NCBI GenBank assembly: GCA_030390025.1 | Contig: JASTWF010000034.1 | Coordinates: 1,178,001-1,242,000, forward strand | Direction: 5' to 3' | Origin: Squalus acanthias | Taxonomy: Eukaryota | Length of the DNA stretch: 64,000 nucleotides | In this document: positions 1 to 12,156 of the stretch, in pieces | Numbering within the stretch: position 1 is the stretch's first letter | How the letters are laid out: every line of letters begins with the position of its first letter | Translations under genes and position numbers: made by a program | Notes under the pieces: model-generated | Told to the model about the DNA's origin: nothing | Seen by the model: only the letters and a program-made list of their open reading frames with translations | Database searches by the model: none

Positions 1-1127
1 TTGGGGGCAAGGTATTGACTTGGATAGAGAAGTGGTTGGCAGACAGGAAGCAAAGAGTTGGAATAAACGGGTCTTTTTCCGAGTGGCAGGCAGTGACTAG
101 TGAGCGTTCGCAGGGATCGGTGCTAGGACCCCAGCTATTCACAGTATATATTAATAATCTAGATGAGGGAACTAGATGTAATATCTCCAAGTTTTCAGAC
201 GACACAAAGCTGGGTGGGTGTGTGTGCTGTGTGAGGAGGATGCAGAGAAACTCCAATATGATTTGCACAGGTTGGGTGATTGATCAGATGCATGGCAGAT
301 GCAGTATAATGTGCATAAATGCGAGGTTTTCCACTTTGGTGGCAAAAGCAGGAAGGCAGATTATTATGTGAACGGCAATAGATTGGAAAAAGGGGAACTG
401 CAACGTGACCTGGGTGTCCTTGTGCACCAGTCGCTGAAGGTAAGCATGCAGGTGCAGCAGGCGGTTAAGAAGGCAAATGGTATGTTGGCCTTCACAGCGA
501 GAGGATTCGAGTACAGGGGCAAGGATGTCTTGCTGCCGTTGTACAAGGCCTTGGTGAGACCACATCTTGAGTATTGTGTGCAGTTGTGGTCGTCTTATCT
601 GAGGAAGGATGTTCTTGCCATGGAGGGAGTGCAGCGAAGATTCACCAGACTGATACGTGAGATGGCAAGAATGACGTATGAAGAGAGATTGTTCCGATTA
701 GGCTTATAGCCGCTGGAGTTTAGAAGAATCAGAGGGGATCTCATTGAAACTTATAAAATTCTAACAGGACTAGACAGACTAGATGCAGGAAGGATGTTCC
801 GGATGGCGGGGGAGTCCAAAACCAGGGGTCACAGTCTAGGGATAAGGGGTAAGCCATTTAGGACTGAGATGAGGAGGAATTTCTTCAACCAGAGAGTGGT
901 GAACCTGTGAAATTCTGTACCACGGAAGGCAGTTGAGGCCAATTTATTAAATATATTCAAGAAGGAGTTAGATATATTTCTTAAGGCTAAAGGGATCAAG
1001 GGTTATGGGGAGAAAGCAGGGACAGGGTTCTGAATTTGGATGATCAGCCATGATCGCATTGAATATCGGAGCAGGCTCGAGGGGCCGAATGGACTACTCC
1101 TGCTCCTATCTTCTATGTTTCTATGTT
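1..1127 (+). mobile_element. CR1 LINE, 3' part (degenerate RT and 3' UTR), running off the window start
   Basis: ORFs 15-371 and 299-709 carry QGSVLGPQLF, KFSDDTK and LVRPHLEYCVQLW motifs. The element ends in the CR1 tail ggccgaatggactactcctgctcctatcttctatgtttctatgtt. Confidence 0.93.
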
Positions 1128-2781
1128 CTACCCATCTAACCAAACCGTCTTGTAGCCTGAGGCATTCGTCCTCGCTTTTTACCACTCCACCAATTTTCGT
1201 GTCATCTGCGAACTTGCTGATCATACCTCCTACATTCATATCTGAATCATTAATGTACACTACAAACAGCAAAGGTCCCAGCACCGATCCCTGCGGTACA
1301 CCACTGGACCCAGGCATCAAATCACAAAAACATCCTTCGACCATCACACTCTGCCTCCTGCCACTAAACAAATTTTGGATCCAATGTGCCAAATTGCCCT
1401 GGATCCCATGGGCTCTTACCTTCTTGACCAGTCTCCCATGTGGGACGTTGTCAAAAGCCTTACTGAAGTTCATGCAGACGACATCAACTGCACTACCCTC
1501 ATCCAGAAACCTAGTCACTTCAATCAAATTGCTTAGAACTGATCTCCCCCTTCCAAAGCCATGCTGACTATCCTTGATCAATCCTTGCCTCTTCAAGTGT
1601 AGACTAACTCTGTCCCTCTGAATTTTTTCCAAGAATTTCCCTACCACTGATGTTAGGCTCAATGGTCTGTAATTCCATGGTTTAATCCTACGAACCTTCT
1701 TGAATAATGGTACTACGTTAGCTGTTCTCCAGTCATCTGGCACCTCCCCTGTGACCAGAGAGGTTCTGAAAATTAGTTTCAGAGCCCCTGCAATCTCCTC
1801 CCTTGCCTCACACTGCAGCCTGGGATACATCCCGTCAGGACCTGGGGATTTATCCACTTTTATGCCCGCTAAAACCGCAATACCTCCTCCCTCTCAATAC
1901 TAATTTATTCAAGTATACCACAATCGCCCTGCCTGATTTCTATGCCTACATCGTCCATCTCCATAGTGAACACAGATGCAAAATATTCATTTAAAACCTC
2001 ACCCACATCTTCTGGCTCTACACACAGATTACCACTTTGGTCCCTAATGGGCCCTACTCTTTCCCTGGTTATCCTCTTGCCCTTAATATACTTATAAAAC
2101 ACATTGGGATTTTCCTTTTTTTTGCCCGCCAGTGTTTTTTTTCATGCCCCCTCTTCGCTCTCCTAATTTCTTTTTTAAGTACCCCCCTGCACTTTCTATA
2201 CTCCTCTAGGGCTTCCACTGTTTCTACTCCTTTGTATCTGCCTAATGCCTCTCTTTCTTTCCCAATCCATTCTTGTATATCCCTTGACATCCAGGGTTCC
2301 CTGGGCTTGTTGGTCCCAACCTTGACTTTTACGGGAACATGTTGGCGTTGTACTCTCTCTATTTCCTTTCTGAAAGAGTACCACTGCTCTGATGTGGATT
2401 TTCCTACAAGTAGCTGATCCTAGTCCACTTTGGCCAGATCCTGCCTTATCATATTAAAATTGGCCTTCCCCCAATTTAGAATCATTATTCCGGTCCATCT
2501 TTGTCCTTTTCAATGACTACCTTAAATCTCACCGAATTATGGTCACTGTCACCAAAATGCTCTCCTACTGACACTTCTACCACTTGCATGGCTATATTCC
2601 CTAGAATTAGGTCCAGAACCGCCCCCTCTCTTGTAGCACATTCTATATGTTGGCTCAAAAAGCTCTCCTGGATGCACTTTAAGAATTCCGCACCGTCTAA
2701 GCCTTTCACACTCTGACTATCCCAGTTAATATTGGGGAATTTGAAATCCCCTACTATTATTACCCTGTTACTTAGACACTT
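1128..2781 (-). mobile_element. CR1 LINE family A, ORF2 middle segment (EN end to RT); 3' side cut by the element at 1-1127
   Basis: ORFs 1003-1857 (SPGPDG, NYRPLSLTS, KAFD, GVPQGSVLGP, FADDTK), 1905-2102 and 2485-2862 (EN motif GDSDHN). Closely similar to the + strand copy at 17439-20858. Confidence 0.92.
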
Positions 2782-3824
2782 ATAGAACATAGAACAGTAC
2801 AGCACAGTACAGGCCCTTCGGCCCTCGATGTTGTGCCGAGCATTGTCCGAGACCAAGATCAAGCTATCACACTCCCTATCACTCTGGTGTGCTCCATCTG
2901 CTTATCCAATAACCGCTTGAAAGTTCCTAAAGTGTCCGACTCCACTATCACAGCAGGCAGTCCATTCCACACCCCAACCACTCTCTGAGTAAAGAATCTA
3001 CCTCGGACATCCCTTCTATATCTCCCCCCATGCACCTTATAGTTATGCCCCCTTGTAACAGCTGCCTCTACCCGAGGAAATAGTCTCTGAACATCCACTC
3101 TATCTATCCCCCATCATCTTATAAACCTCTATTAAGTCGCCTCTCATCCTCCTCCGCTCTAAAGAGAAAAGCCCCAACTCCCTCAATCTTTCCTCATAAG
3201 ACCTCCCCCCCAAACCAGGCAGCATCCTGGTAAATCTCCTTTGCACTCTTTCCAATGCTTCCACGTCCTTCCTATAGTGAGGTGACCAGAACTGCACACA
3301 ATATTCCAAATGTGGTCTCACCAAGGTCCTGTACAGTTGCAGCATAACCTCACGGTTCTTAAACTCAAACCCTCTGTTAATAAACGCCAACATACCATAG
3401 GCCTTCTTTACTGCTCTATCCACTTGAGTGGCAACCTTCAGAGATCTGTGGATATGAACCCCCAGATCCCTCTGCTACTCCACGTTCCTCAGAACCCTGC
3501 CGTTGACCCTGTAATCCTTATTCAAATTTGCCCTACCAAAATGAATCACCTCGCACTTATCAGGGTTAAATTCCATCTGCCATTTTTCGGCCCAGCTCTG
3601 CATCCTATCAATGTCTCTTTGCAGCCTACAACTGCCCTCCACCTCATCCACTACTCCACCAATCTTGGTGTCATCAGCAAATTTACTGATCCACCCTTCA
3701 GTCCCCTCCTCCAAGTCATTGATAAAAATCACAAACAGCAGAGGACCCAGCACCGACCCCTGTGGCACACCGCTGGTAACTGGTCTCCAGTCCGAAAATG
3801 TTCTATCCACCACCACCCTCTGCC

Positions 3825-4008
3825 TGCTCTTAGTGTGTCTTTGATGTAGGGAAAGATTTGAATAGATTTTTTCTGTGCTTATCTTGTGAATTCTGGGAGA
3901 TTCTCTCACAGCTACTCTACCTGAGGAAGGAGCGAACCGCTCCGAAAGCTTGTAAAATTAAATAAATCTGTTGGACTATAACCTGGTGTTGTGCGACTTC
4001 TAATTTTT
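3825..4008 (+). mobile_element. Penelope-like pseudo-LTR fragment (family 1) inserted in LINE RT
   Basis: Interrupts the RT reading frame. Nearly identical to 14064-14245 and contains a hammerhead core followed by aataaa and gttggactataacctggtgttgtg. Confidence 0.8.
3918..3954 (+). ncRNA. Minimal hammerhead ribozyme motif
   Basis: uac CUGAGGA a GGAGC-gaacc-GCUCC GAAA GCUU gua: intact core, 5-bp stem II, palindromic AGCU stem III, stem I uac/gua. Confidence 0.72.
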
Positions 4009-5047
4009 TTCTATGAGATAGCCAGTTACTTATCCAATCGGCCAAATTTCCCTCTATCCCACAACTCCTTACTTTCTTCATGAGACGACCATGGGGAACC
4101 TTATCAAACGCCTTCCTAAAATCCATGTATACGACATCAACTGCTCTACCTTCATCTACACACTTAGTTACCTCCTCAAAGAATTCAATCAAATTTGTTA
4201 GGCAAGACTTACCCTTCACGAATCCGTGTTGACTATCCCTGATTAAGTTGCCCCTTTCCAAATGGTCATAAATCCTATCCCTCAGGACCTTTTCCATTAT
4301 CTTACCAACCACCGAAGTAAGACTAACCGGCCTATAATTACCAGGGTCATTCCTATTTCCTTTCTTGAAGAGAGGAACAACATTCGCCACTCTCCAGTCC
4401 TCTGGCACCATCCCCGTGGACAGTGAGGACCCAAAGATCAAAGCCAGAGGCTCTGCAATCTCCTCCCTTGCCTCCCAAAGAATCCTAGGATATATCCCAT
4501 CTGGCCCAGTGGACTTATCGACCCTCAGGTTCTTCAAAATTGATAAAACATCTTCCCTCAGAACATCTACCACCTCCAGCCTATCCACCTTTATCACACT
4601 CTCATCCTCAAGAACATGGCCCCTCTCCTCGGTGAACACTGACGAAAAGTATTCATTCATCACCTCTCCTATCTCTTCTGACTCCATGCACAAGTTCCCA
4701 CTACTGTCTTTGACCGGCCCTACTCTCACCCTGGTCATTCTTTTATTTCTCACATAAGAGTAAAAAGCCTTGGGGTTTTTCTTGATCCGACCCGCCAAGG
4801 ACTTCTCATGCCCCCTCCTAGCTCTCCTAAGCTCTTTTTTTAGCTCATTCCTTGCTACCTTGTACCCCTCAATCGACCCAACTGAACGTTGTTTTCTCAT
4901 CCTTACATACGCTTCCTTTTTCCTCTTGACTAGACATTCAACCTCTTTTGTGAACCATGGTTCTCTCACTCAGCCATTTCCTCCCTGCCTGACAGGGACA
5001 TACCTATCAAGGACACGCAGTAATTGCTCCATGAAAAAGCTCCACTT

Positions 5048-6780
5048 TTCTGAGATTTGCCTACATATCTGTTCTTCTATCTCCCCCTGACTGTTTGGGG
5101 CCTTGTAGTACACTCCCAGCAAAGAGCTTGCCCACTTTTTGGTTTTAAGTTCTACCCATATGGCCTCCTTAGAGGAACCTGCTAAGATATCATCCCTCCT
5201 TACTGCAGTAATTGACTCCTTGATTAATATTACGACACCCCTCCTCTTTTACACCCCCCTCTGTCTCGCCTGAAGATTCTATACCCCGGAATATTGAGCT
5301 GCCTGTCCTGCCCCTCCCTCAACCATGTCTCTGTGATAGCAACAATATCATACTCCCATGTGTTCATCAACATCTTCAATTCATCTGCCTTACTCGCAAG
5401 ACTCCTTGAATTAAAATAAATGCCACCAGCCATGACATACAGCCTTGTGCCGTTACATATTTGCTCTGACTTCCAGGCTGACTTGTTTTTTCTTCTATAT
5501 TTGGCTGTGCATCACCCACTACTATAGTTCCAATCCGTATCCCATCCCCCTGCCAAGTTAGTTTAAGCCGCACCCCCCCCCCCCCGCCCCGCCCCGCCAA
5601 CAGTGCTAGAAAACCTCCCCGCAAGGATTTTGCTCCCGTTCCGGTTCAGGTGCAACCCGTCCAAATTGTACAGGTCCCATCTTCCCCAGAAGCAGACCCA
5701 GTGATCCAGGAAACGAAAGCCCTCCCTCCTGCACCAACTCTTTAGCCACGCATTCATCTGCTCTATCCTCCTATTCCCGTACTCACTAGCAAGTGGCACC
5801 GGGAGTAAAACAGAGATTACAACCTTTGAGGTCCTGCTTTTTAATCTGCTACCTAGCTCCCTAAATTCTTGTTGCAGGACCTCATCCCTCTTTTTACCCA
5901 TGTCGTTGGTACCAATGTGGATTACGACCTCTGTCTGTTCGCCCTCCGCCTTCAGAATACCCTGCAGCCGTTCAGTGACATCCTTGAACCTGGCACCAGG
6001 GAGGCAACATACCATCCTGGAGTCACGTCTGCGGCCACAGAAACTCTATCTGTTCCCCTTATGATAGAATCCCCTATTACTATTGCTCTCCCACTCTTCC
6101 CCACCACCCCCCCCCGCCCCGCCTCCTGTGCAGCTGAGCCACTCGTAGTGCCATGGACTTGGCTCTTGCTGCATTCCCCTGAGAAACCCTCTCCCCCATC
6201 AGTATCCAAAACGGAAAATCTGTTGGAGAGGGAGATGGACCCAGGTGACTCCTGCACTGCCTTCCTAGTTCTTTTACACTGTGTGGCGGTCATCCATTTC
6301 CTGTTTGCCTGTGCACTCTGTACCTGCGGTGTGACCACCTCGTTAAATGTTCTATCCACGAAGATCTCAGCTTCGCGGATGCTCCACAGTGACTCCAGTC
6401 GCAGCTCCAGCTCCGAAACGCGGATTTCGAGTAGCTGCAGCTGGAGACACTTCCTGCACATGTGTTCGCCCTGGACACCTAAAATGTCCATGACTTCCAA
6501 CATAGCACAGGAGGAGCACTCCACGCTGCCGAGCTGCCCTGCCATGTCCTACCCATAATTTACTCCCTTTAAATTAAAGAATATTAAATACACTAGGGAC
6601 CTTACTTCCCTTTAAGCACTACTTGCTCTAAACTCGAGTCTTTACTTTTACTTTAACGACTGGACTGTAGAAATACTGACCGGGTCTTGGAAGCTGACAA
6701 AGACAGAAAAAGATAGGAACACATTCCTCCCTGAACTCCCTCACTCACCAAACTCGCAGCTTAACACTCGGTTCCAAGCT
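5048..6780 (-). mobile_element. CR1 family A 5' segment: 5' UTR, ORF1 (zinc finger/leucine zipper plus SGNH esterase) and EN N-terminus
   Basis: ORF 5952-6545 (CSSC...CRKC, heptad leucines, VIGDSII), ORF 5563-6015 (HIGTND, DGLHLN) and ORF 5230-5433 (IVAITETWL). Frameshifted. Confidence 0.9.
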
Positions 6781-6807
6781 GCACTCCATGACAAACTGCA
6801 CTCAAGC

Positions 6808-7525
6808 CAGTACTGAAGGAGTGCTGCATTGTTGGAGGGGCAGTACTGAGGGAGTGCATCACTGTCAGAGGGGCAGTACTGAGGGAGCGCATCTGTGTCA
6901 GAGGGGCAGTACTGAGGGAGTGCTGCATTGTTGGAGGGGCAGTACTGAGGGAGCGCATCACTGTCAGAGGGGCAGTACTGAGGGAGTGCATCTCTGTCAG
7001 TGGGGCAGTACTGAGGGAGCGCATCACTGTCAAAGTGGCAGTACTGAGGGAGCACTGCACTGTCAGCGGGGCAGTACTGAGGGAGCACTGCACTGTCAGA
7101 GGTGCAGTACTGAGGGAGCACTGCACTGTCAGAGGGGCAGTACTGAGGGAGCACTGCACTTTCAGAGGGGCAGTACTGAGGGAGCACTGCACTGTCAGAG
7201 GGACAGTACTGAGGGAGCACTGCACTGTCAGAGGGGCAGTACTGAGGGAGCACTGCACTGTCAGAGGGGCAGTACTGAGGGAGTGCATCGCTGTCAGGGG
7301 CAGTACTGAGGGAGTGCATCACTGTCAGGGGCAGTACTGAGGTAGCACTGCACTGTCGGAGGGGCAGTACTGAGGGAGCACTGCACTGTCGGAGGGGCAG
7401 TACTGTGGGAGCACTGCACTGTCGGAGGGGCAGTACTGAGGGAGCACTGCACTGTCAGAGGGGCAGTACTGAGGGAGCACTGCACTGTCAGAGGGGCAGT
7501 ACTGAGGGAGCACTACACTGTCAGA
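6808..7525. repeat. 33-bp minisatellite, about 22 copies
   Basis: Unit cagtactgagggagcactgcactgtcagagggg, giving 11-aa periodic spurious ORFs. Confidence 0.95.
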
Positions 7526-7845
7526 AGTGCTGTCTCTTAGATGGTACTTTAAACCTGTCTGTTCTATAAGTTGGACGTAAAAGATCCCATGGAATTATAT
7601 TGAAGAAGAGCAGCAGAGTTAACCCCGGTGTTCTGGCTAATATTTATCTCAATCAACATCATTAAAGCAGATTATCTGGTCATTGTCACATTGCTGTTTG
7701 TGGGAGCTTGCTGTGCTCAAATTGGCTGGCACGTTTCCGACAGTACAACAGTGACTTCACTTCAAAAGGAAGGACGTCATTGGCTTGAAAGCACATCCCA
7801 AGATCGTGAAAAGCGCCGTATCAATTCAATTCTTTCTTCCTTTCT
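7495..7845 (+). mobile_element. Deu-domain SINE body and tail (SacSINE1/AmnSINE1-like)
   Basis: ggacgtaaaagatcccatgg...gaagagcag...ccccggtgttctggc...gtgggagcttgctgtgc is the reverse complement of the SINE at 15848-16316. Confidence 0.75.
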
Positions 7846-8069
7846 TAACTGTAATTTCCAAAAGGTAATTGGATGCAATCTTGAAAAGGTGAAATTTTCA
7901 GGGCTCTGGGGAAACGGCTCAATTGTTCATTACCATTCACAACAGGATATGAAAGCTTTGAAATAATTTGATGTGTTGGGATAGCTTGGCTCTGTCTAAT
8001 TTCATTCCATTGATCACCATGGTAGATGCACATGATATGATGGAGGGTGGCCTCAGGGTGAAGGCGAGA

Positions 8070-8620
8070 CTTATTCTCCACACACATTGAGCGGTGGTCA
8101 GTCCTACCAATATCGTCATGGACAGATGCATATGCGATAGATAGATTGGTGAGGACGAGGTCAAGCAGGCTTTTCTCTCATCTTGGGTCTCCCACCACCT
8201 GCCGCAATCCCAGTCTGGCAGCTGTGTTCTTCAGGGCTCGGTTAATGATGGTAATTCCCAGGCACTATTGGTGATGGACATTGAAGTTTCCCCCTCCCGA
8301 CCCAGTGTATAATTTGCGCCCGTTCTGCTCTCGGTGCTCCCATCAATTGGTGTTCAGCATGAAGATGTGCCGATTCATCAGCTGAGGGAGGGCGGTAGGT
8401 GGTAATCAGCAGGAAGTTACCTTGCCCATGTCTGACTGGAAGCCATCAGACTTCATTATATCCTCAGGGAATGTTGTGGACTCACAGGGTTTCTCCCTCC
8501 CGATTGTATACCCCTGTGCCCCCACCTCTGGTGGGTCTGTACAGACCCTGGAATGGTGATGGAGGGTTTGAGAAAGTTGACTGACAGGTCTGGTTCTGTG
8601 AGTATGATTATGCGGGAATT
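8070..8620 (-). mobile_element. Old L2/Crack-group LINE endonuclease-region remnant
   Basis: Reverse strand resembles decayed APE-endonuclease motifs (aacttcaatgtccatcac, GxFNVHH-like; cttgacctcgtcctcacc, LDLVLT; ggactgaccaccgc, xDHR-like). Confidence 0.5.
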
Positions 8621-8841
8621 TAATGTTTCCAGAGAGTTTCATGGAGTATTGAGGTGCTTCCAGCGTATTTATCACATTGGTTAATATTTTAATTGTTTTC
8701 CTTTGATCCCTTCGTATTAATCCTTTGCACCTTTTAATTATTCTTCCCCTCGGTCAAACACGATGACATCTTTGTCTGGGTAAGGTCAATCTTCTTCTTC
8801 TTCTTCTTCTTCTATTTTCAGGCAATAGAGAAATGAACTGA

Positions 8842-9445
8842 GAATGAAATTCCTGAACTGAGGCGGGAGCAGTGTAATCTAGGCAGCCCTGGGAATGAAA
8901 TTCCTGAACTGAGGCGGGAGCAGTGTAATCTAGGCAGCCCTGGGAATGTAATTCCTGGATTGAGGCGGGAGCAGTGTAATCTAGGCGGCCCTGGGAATGA
9001 AATTCCTGAACTGAGGCGGGAGCAGTGTAATCTAGGCAGCCCTGGGAATGTAATTCCTGGATTGAGGCGGGAGCAGTGTAATCTAGGCGGCCCTGGGAAT
9101 GAAATTCCTGAACTGAGGCGGGAGCAGTGTAATCTAGGCGGCCCTGGGAATGAAATTCCTGAACTGAGGCGGGAGCAGTGTAATCTAGGCAGCCCTGGGA
9201 ATGTAATTCCTGGATTGAGGCGGGAGCAGTGTAATCTAGGCGGCCCTGGGAATGAAATTCCTGAACTGAGGCGGGAGCAGTGTAATCTAGGCGGCCCTGG
9301 GAATGAAATTCCTGAACTGAGGCGGGAGCAGTGTAATCTAGGCGGCCCTGGGAATGAAATTCCTGAACTGAGGCGGGAGCAGTGTAATCTAGGCAGCCCT
9401 GGGAATGAAATTCCTGGACTGAGGTGTGAGCAGTGTAACCTAGTC
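8842..9445. repeat. 51-bp minisatellite, about 12 copies
   Basis: Unit gaatgaaattcctgaactgaggcgggagcagtgtaatctaggcggccctgg with two interspersed variants. Confidence 0.95.
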
Positions 9446-10937
9446 GAGTCCCATCGTTCCATCACTGGGATATTCTCTCAGATCCCGCCATTTAAGATAA
9501 TTTTTTTTTTAATCCTGATGGCCTGGTATGGAATAAATCTGAGAACGAGTGTGGGGAAATCTATTTTGTCAGTGGTCTAAACAGAGTGCTAAGGTTGTGA
9601 ATTTGGAAAGTTTGTGAATTAGGATCAGAGGGGAAGGAGGAGAGAGCGAGAGGAGCGGCCGGAGATAAAGGTAGGCCAGAGAACCCGGAGCTGGGAGCGA
9701 GTGTAAGGGAGTTCGTTAAGTGACATCAGCACAAGGGAAGACGCTGCAAAGAAAAAATGGTATGTTGATTGTGAATTTTTTGAAGTCTTGAGTTTAATTC
9801 CGCTAAGTTAGTTGGTAGTCTATTAAATAGAGGCATGGCAGGGCACCTCAGTCCCGTGGAATGCATACCTTGTGTCATGTGGGAACTCCAGGACACTTCC
9901 CACGGGTTTCGGAGCTTGAGCAGCAGCTGGCGTCACTGCGGTGCATCCGTGAGGCTGAGAGCTCCGTGGATAGCAGGTTTCAGGAGGTGGTCACCCCGCA
10001 GCATAAGAGTGTGCAGGCAGAGAGGGAATGTGTGACCGTCAGACAAACAAGGAGAACCACGCATTTAGTGCAGGAGCTCCATGAGTGCATCTCACTCTCG
10101 AACCAGTATTCGATGGTTCCTCTGGGGATTACAGCCAGAGCCAAGCCAACGGCAACACTGGTGGCTGAGCTGTAGGGTGGTTGGGGGGGGGGGGGTGCAG
10201 GAAGGTCGGGAAATCAATAGTGATAGGAGATTCGATAGTTAAAGGAACAGACAAGTGTTTCTCCAGCCACAGACGTGACTCCAGGATGATATGTTGCCTC
10301 CCTGGTGCCAGGGTCAAGGATGTAACTGAGTGGCTGCAGGACATTCTGAGGGGTGATGGTGAACAGACTGAGGTCGTGGTCCATATTGGCATCATCGACA
10401 TAAGTAGAGAGAGGGGTGTGATCCTGTAGGAAGATTATAGGGAGCTTGGAAAGAGATTATAAAGCAGGACCTCAAAGGTAGTAATCTCCAGATTACTCCT
10501 GGTGCCACGAGCTAGTGAATATAGAAATAGGAGGATAGAGCAATTAAATGTGTGGCTGGAGATATGGTGCAGGAGGGAGGGCTTTAGATTCCTTGGACAT
10601 TGGGTCCGGTTCTGGGGGAGGTGGGACCTGAAAAGGCCGGACGGGTTGCACCTCAACAGAGGAACCAATATACTCACGAGGTGCGGGCGGGGGTGGTTGC
10701 TCATGTTGTTGGGGAGCGTTTAAACTAATCTGCCAGGGGGATGGGCACCAGGATGTGGCTTTAGAAAGGAGAAACAAGGTTCACAAAAGATAGGGAGAGA
10801 CAGATAGCAGTAGAGCATGAAATAGTATGGTATTCGGTGGGTTCAGACTAACAGAGAATCCAAGAAGGTCTAAGATAGAAACAGAAAATACTGGCAACAC
10901 CCAACAGGTCAGGCAGCATCCGTGGAGAGAGAAACAG

Positions 10938-10974
10938 AGTTAACGTTTCAGGTCTGTGACCCTTCATCAGAACT
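10938..10974 (-). ncRNA. Minimal hammerhead ribozyme motif
   Basis: aguu CUGAUGA a GGGUC-aca-GACCU GAAA CGUU aacu: stem I aguu/aacu, palindromic ACGU stem III. Confidence 0.75.
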
Positions 10975-11501
10975 GGAAAAAGTTAGAGATGTAACAGATT
11001 GTAAGCAGGTGCAGGGGCAGGGAAAGGGGGGAGGGGAGGAAATAACAGAAGGGACGGTCTGTGATCGGGTGGAAGGCAGGAGTGGTTAAATGTTACCAAT
11101 GGGGATGGCAGAATCATCAACAGCTGCCGCCTGAGCTGCAGTCAGAGTGGGAGTGGTGCAGAGAATTAAAGTGACAAGCGTTCCATCCCACTCTGACCTG
11201 TCTGTCCGCGACCTCTTACAACGTCAGCTCGAGGAACAATACCTCATCTTTCTATTAGGCACTTTACAGCCTTCTGGACTCAACACTGAGTTCAACAATT
11301 TCAGACCATAACCTCGGCCCCCATTTATTCAGGAGGCAGCTGTTGATGATTCTGCCATTCCCATTTGCAACATTTAACCACTCCTGCATTCCACACGATC
11401 ACAGACCGTCTCTTTTGTTATTTCCTCTCCACAACCCCCCCTCCCGCGGCCTTTCCCTGTCCCTACTCCTGCTTATAACCTGTTTCATCTCTGACTTTTC
11501 C

Positions 11502-11538
11502 AGTTCTGATGAAGGGTCACTGACCTGAAACGTTAACT
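11502..11538 (+). ncRNA. Minimal hammerhead ribozyme motif
   Basis: aguu CUGAUGA a GGGUC-acu-GACCU GAAA CGUU aacu. Confidence 0.75.
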
Positions 11539-12156
11539 CTGTTTCTCTCTCCACGGATGCTGCCTGACCTGTTGGGTGTTTCCAGCATTTTCTGTTGTTG
11601 TTTCAGATTTCCATCATCCGCAGTATTTTGCTATTGTAAGGTCGGAGAAACGTTTACAATGTATGTGTGTAAACGCACGAAGCGTGGTAAATAAGGTGGG
11701 TGAGCTGCAGGTGCAAATAGCCACATAGGAAAATGATGTTGAGGCGATAACAGAAACCTGGTTCTAAAAAAGGCAGGACTGGGTACTAAATATTCCTGGA
11801 TATTAAATGTTCGGGAAAAATAGTGAAGGAAAGAAATGTGGTGGTGTGGCAGTATTGATTAAGGAGAATATCACAGTGCTGGAGAGAGAGGATGTCTTGG
11901 AGGGGTCAAGGTCAGAATCTATTTGGTTAGAATTAAGAATCAATAGAGGTACCATTCCACTACTAAGTGTATTCTATAGGCCACCAACTAGTGGGAAGGA
12001 TATAGAGGAGCGACTCTGCAGGGAAATTAGAGAGGTGGAAGACATGTAGAGTAGTAATAATGAGGGACTTCAATTATCCCAATATTGACTGAGATAGTAA
12101 TAGTATAATGGGCAGAGAGGGAGAAGAATTTCTCAAATGTGTTCAAGAGAACTTTC

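Larger units (their letters stand above)
2782..5047 (-). mobile_element. Second CR1 family (HER1-like), 5'-truncated, nested in family A copy
   Basis: 3' tail at 2782 (reverse ctgtactgttctatgttctat) and long RT ORFs 3917-4969, 3475-3909, 3100-3423. The host element resumes at 5048, and cactt occurs at both junctions (2777-2781, 5043-5047). Confidence 0.88.
10878..11637. mobile_element. Penelope-like element (family 2) with inverted pseudo-LTRs and GIY-YIG C-terminal remnant
   Basis: 10878-11128 is an inverted copy of about 11335-11600. 11183-11311 (+) translates PSHSDLSVRDLLQRQLEEQYLIFLLGTLQPSGLNTEFNNFRP*, resembling the E...L.TL.P.GLN end of Penelope GIY-YIG endonucleases. Confidence 0.85.

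Noticed and set aside
6741..7513. Long periodic ORFs (PQYCPSDSAVL repeats and other frames)
   Set aside because: Artefact of a 33-bp unit without stops; the sequence derives from a SINE.
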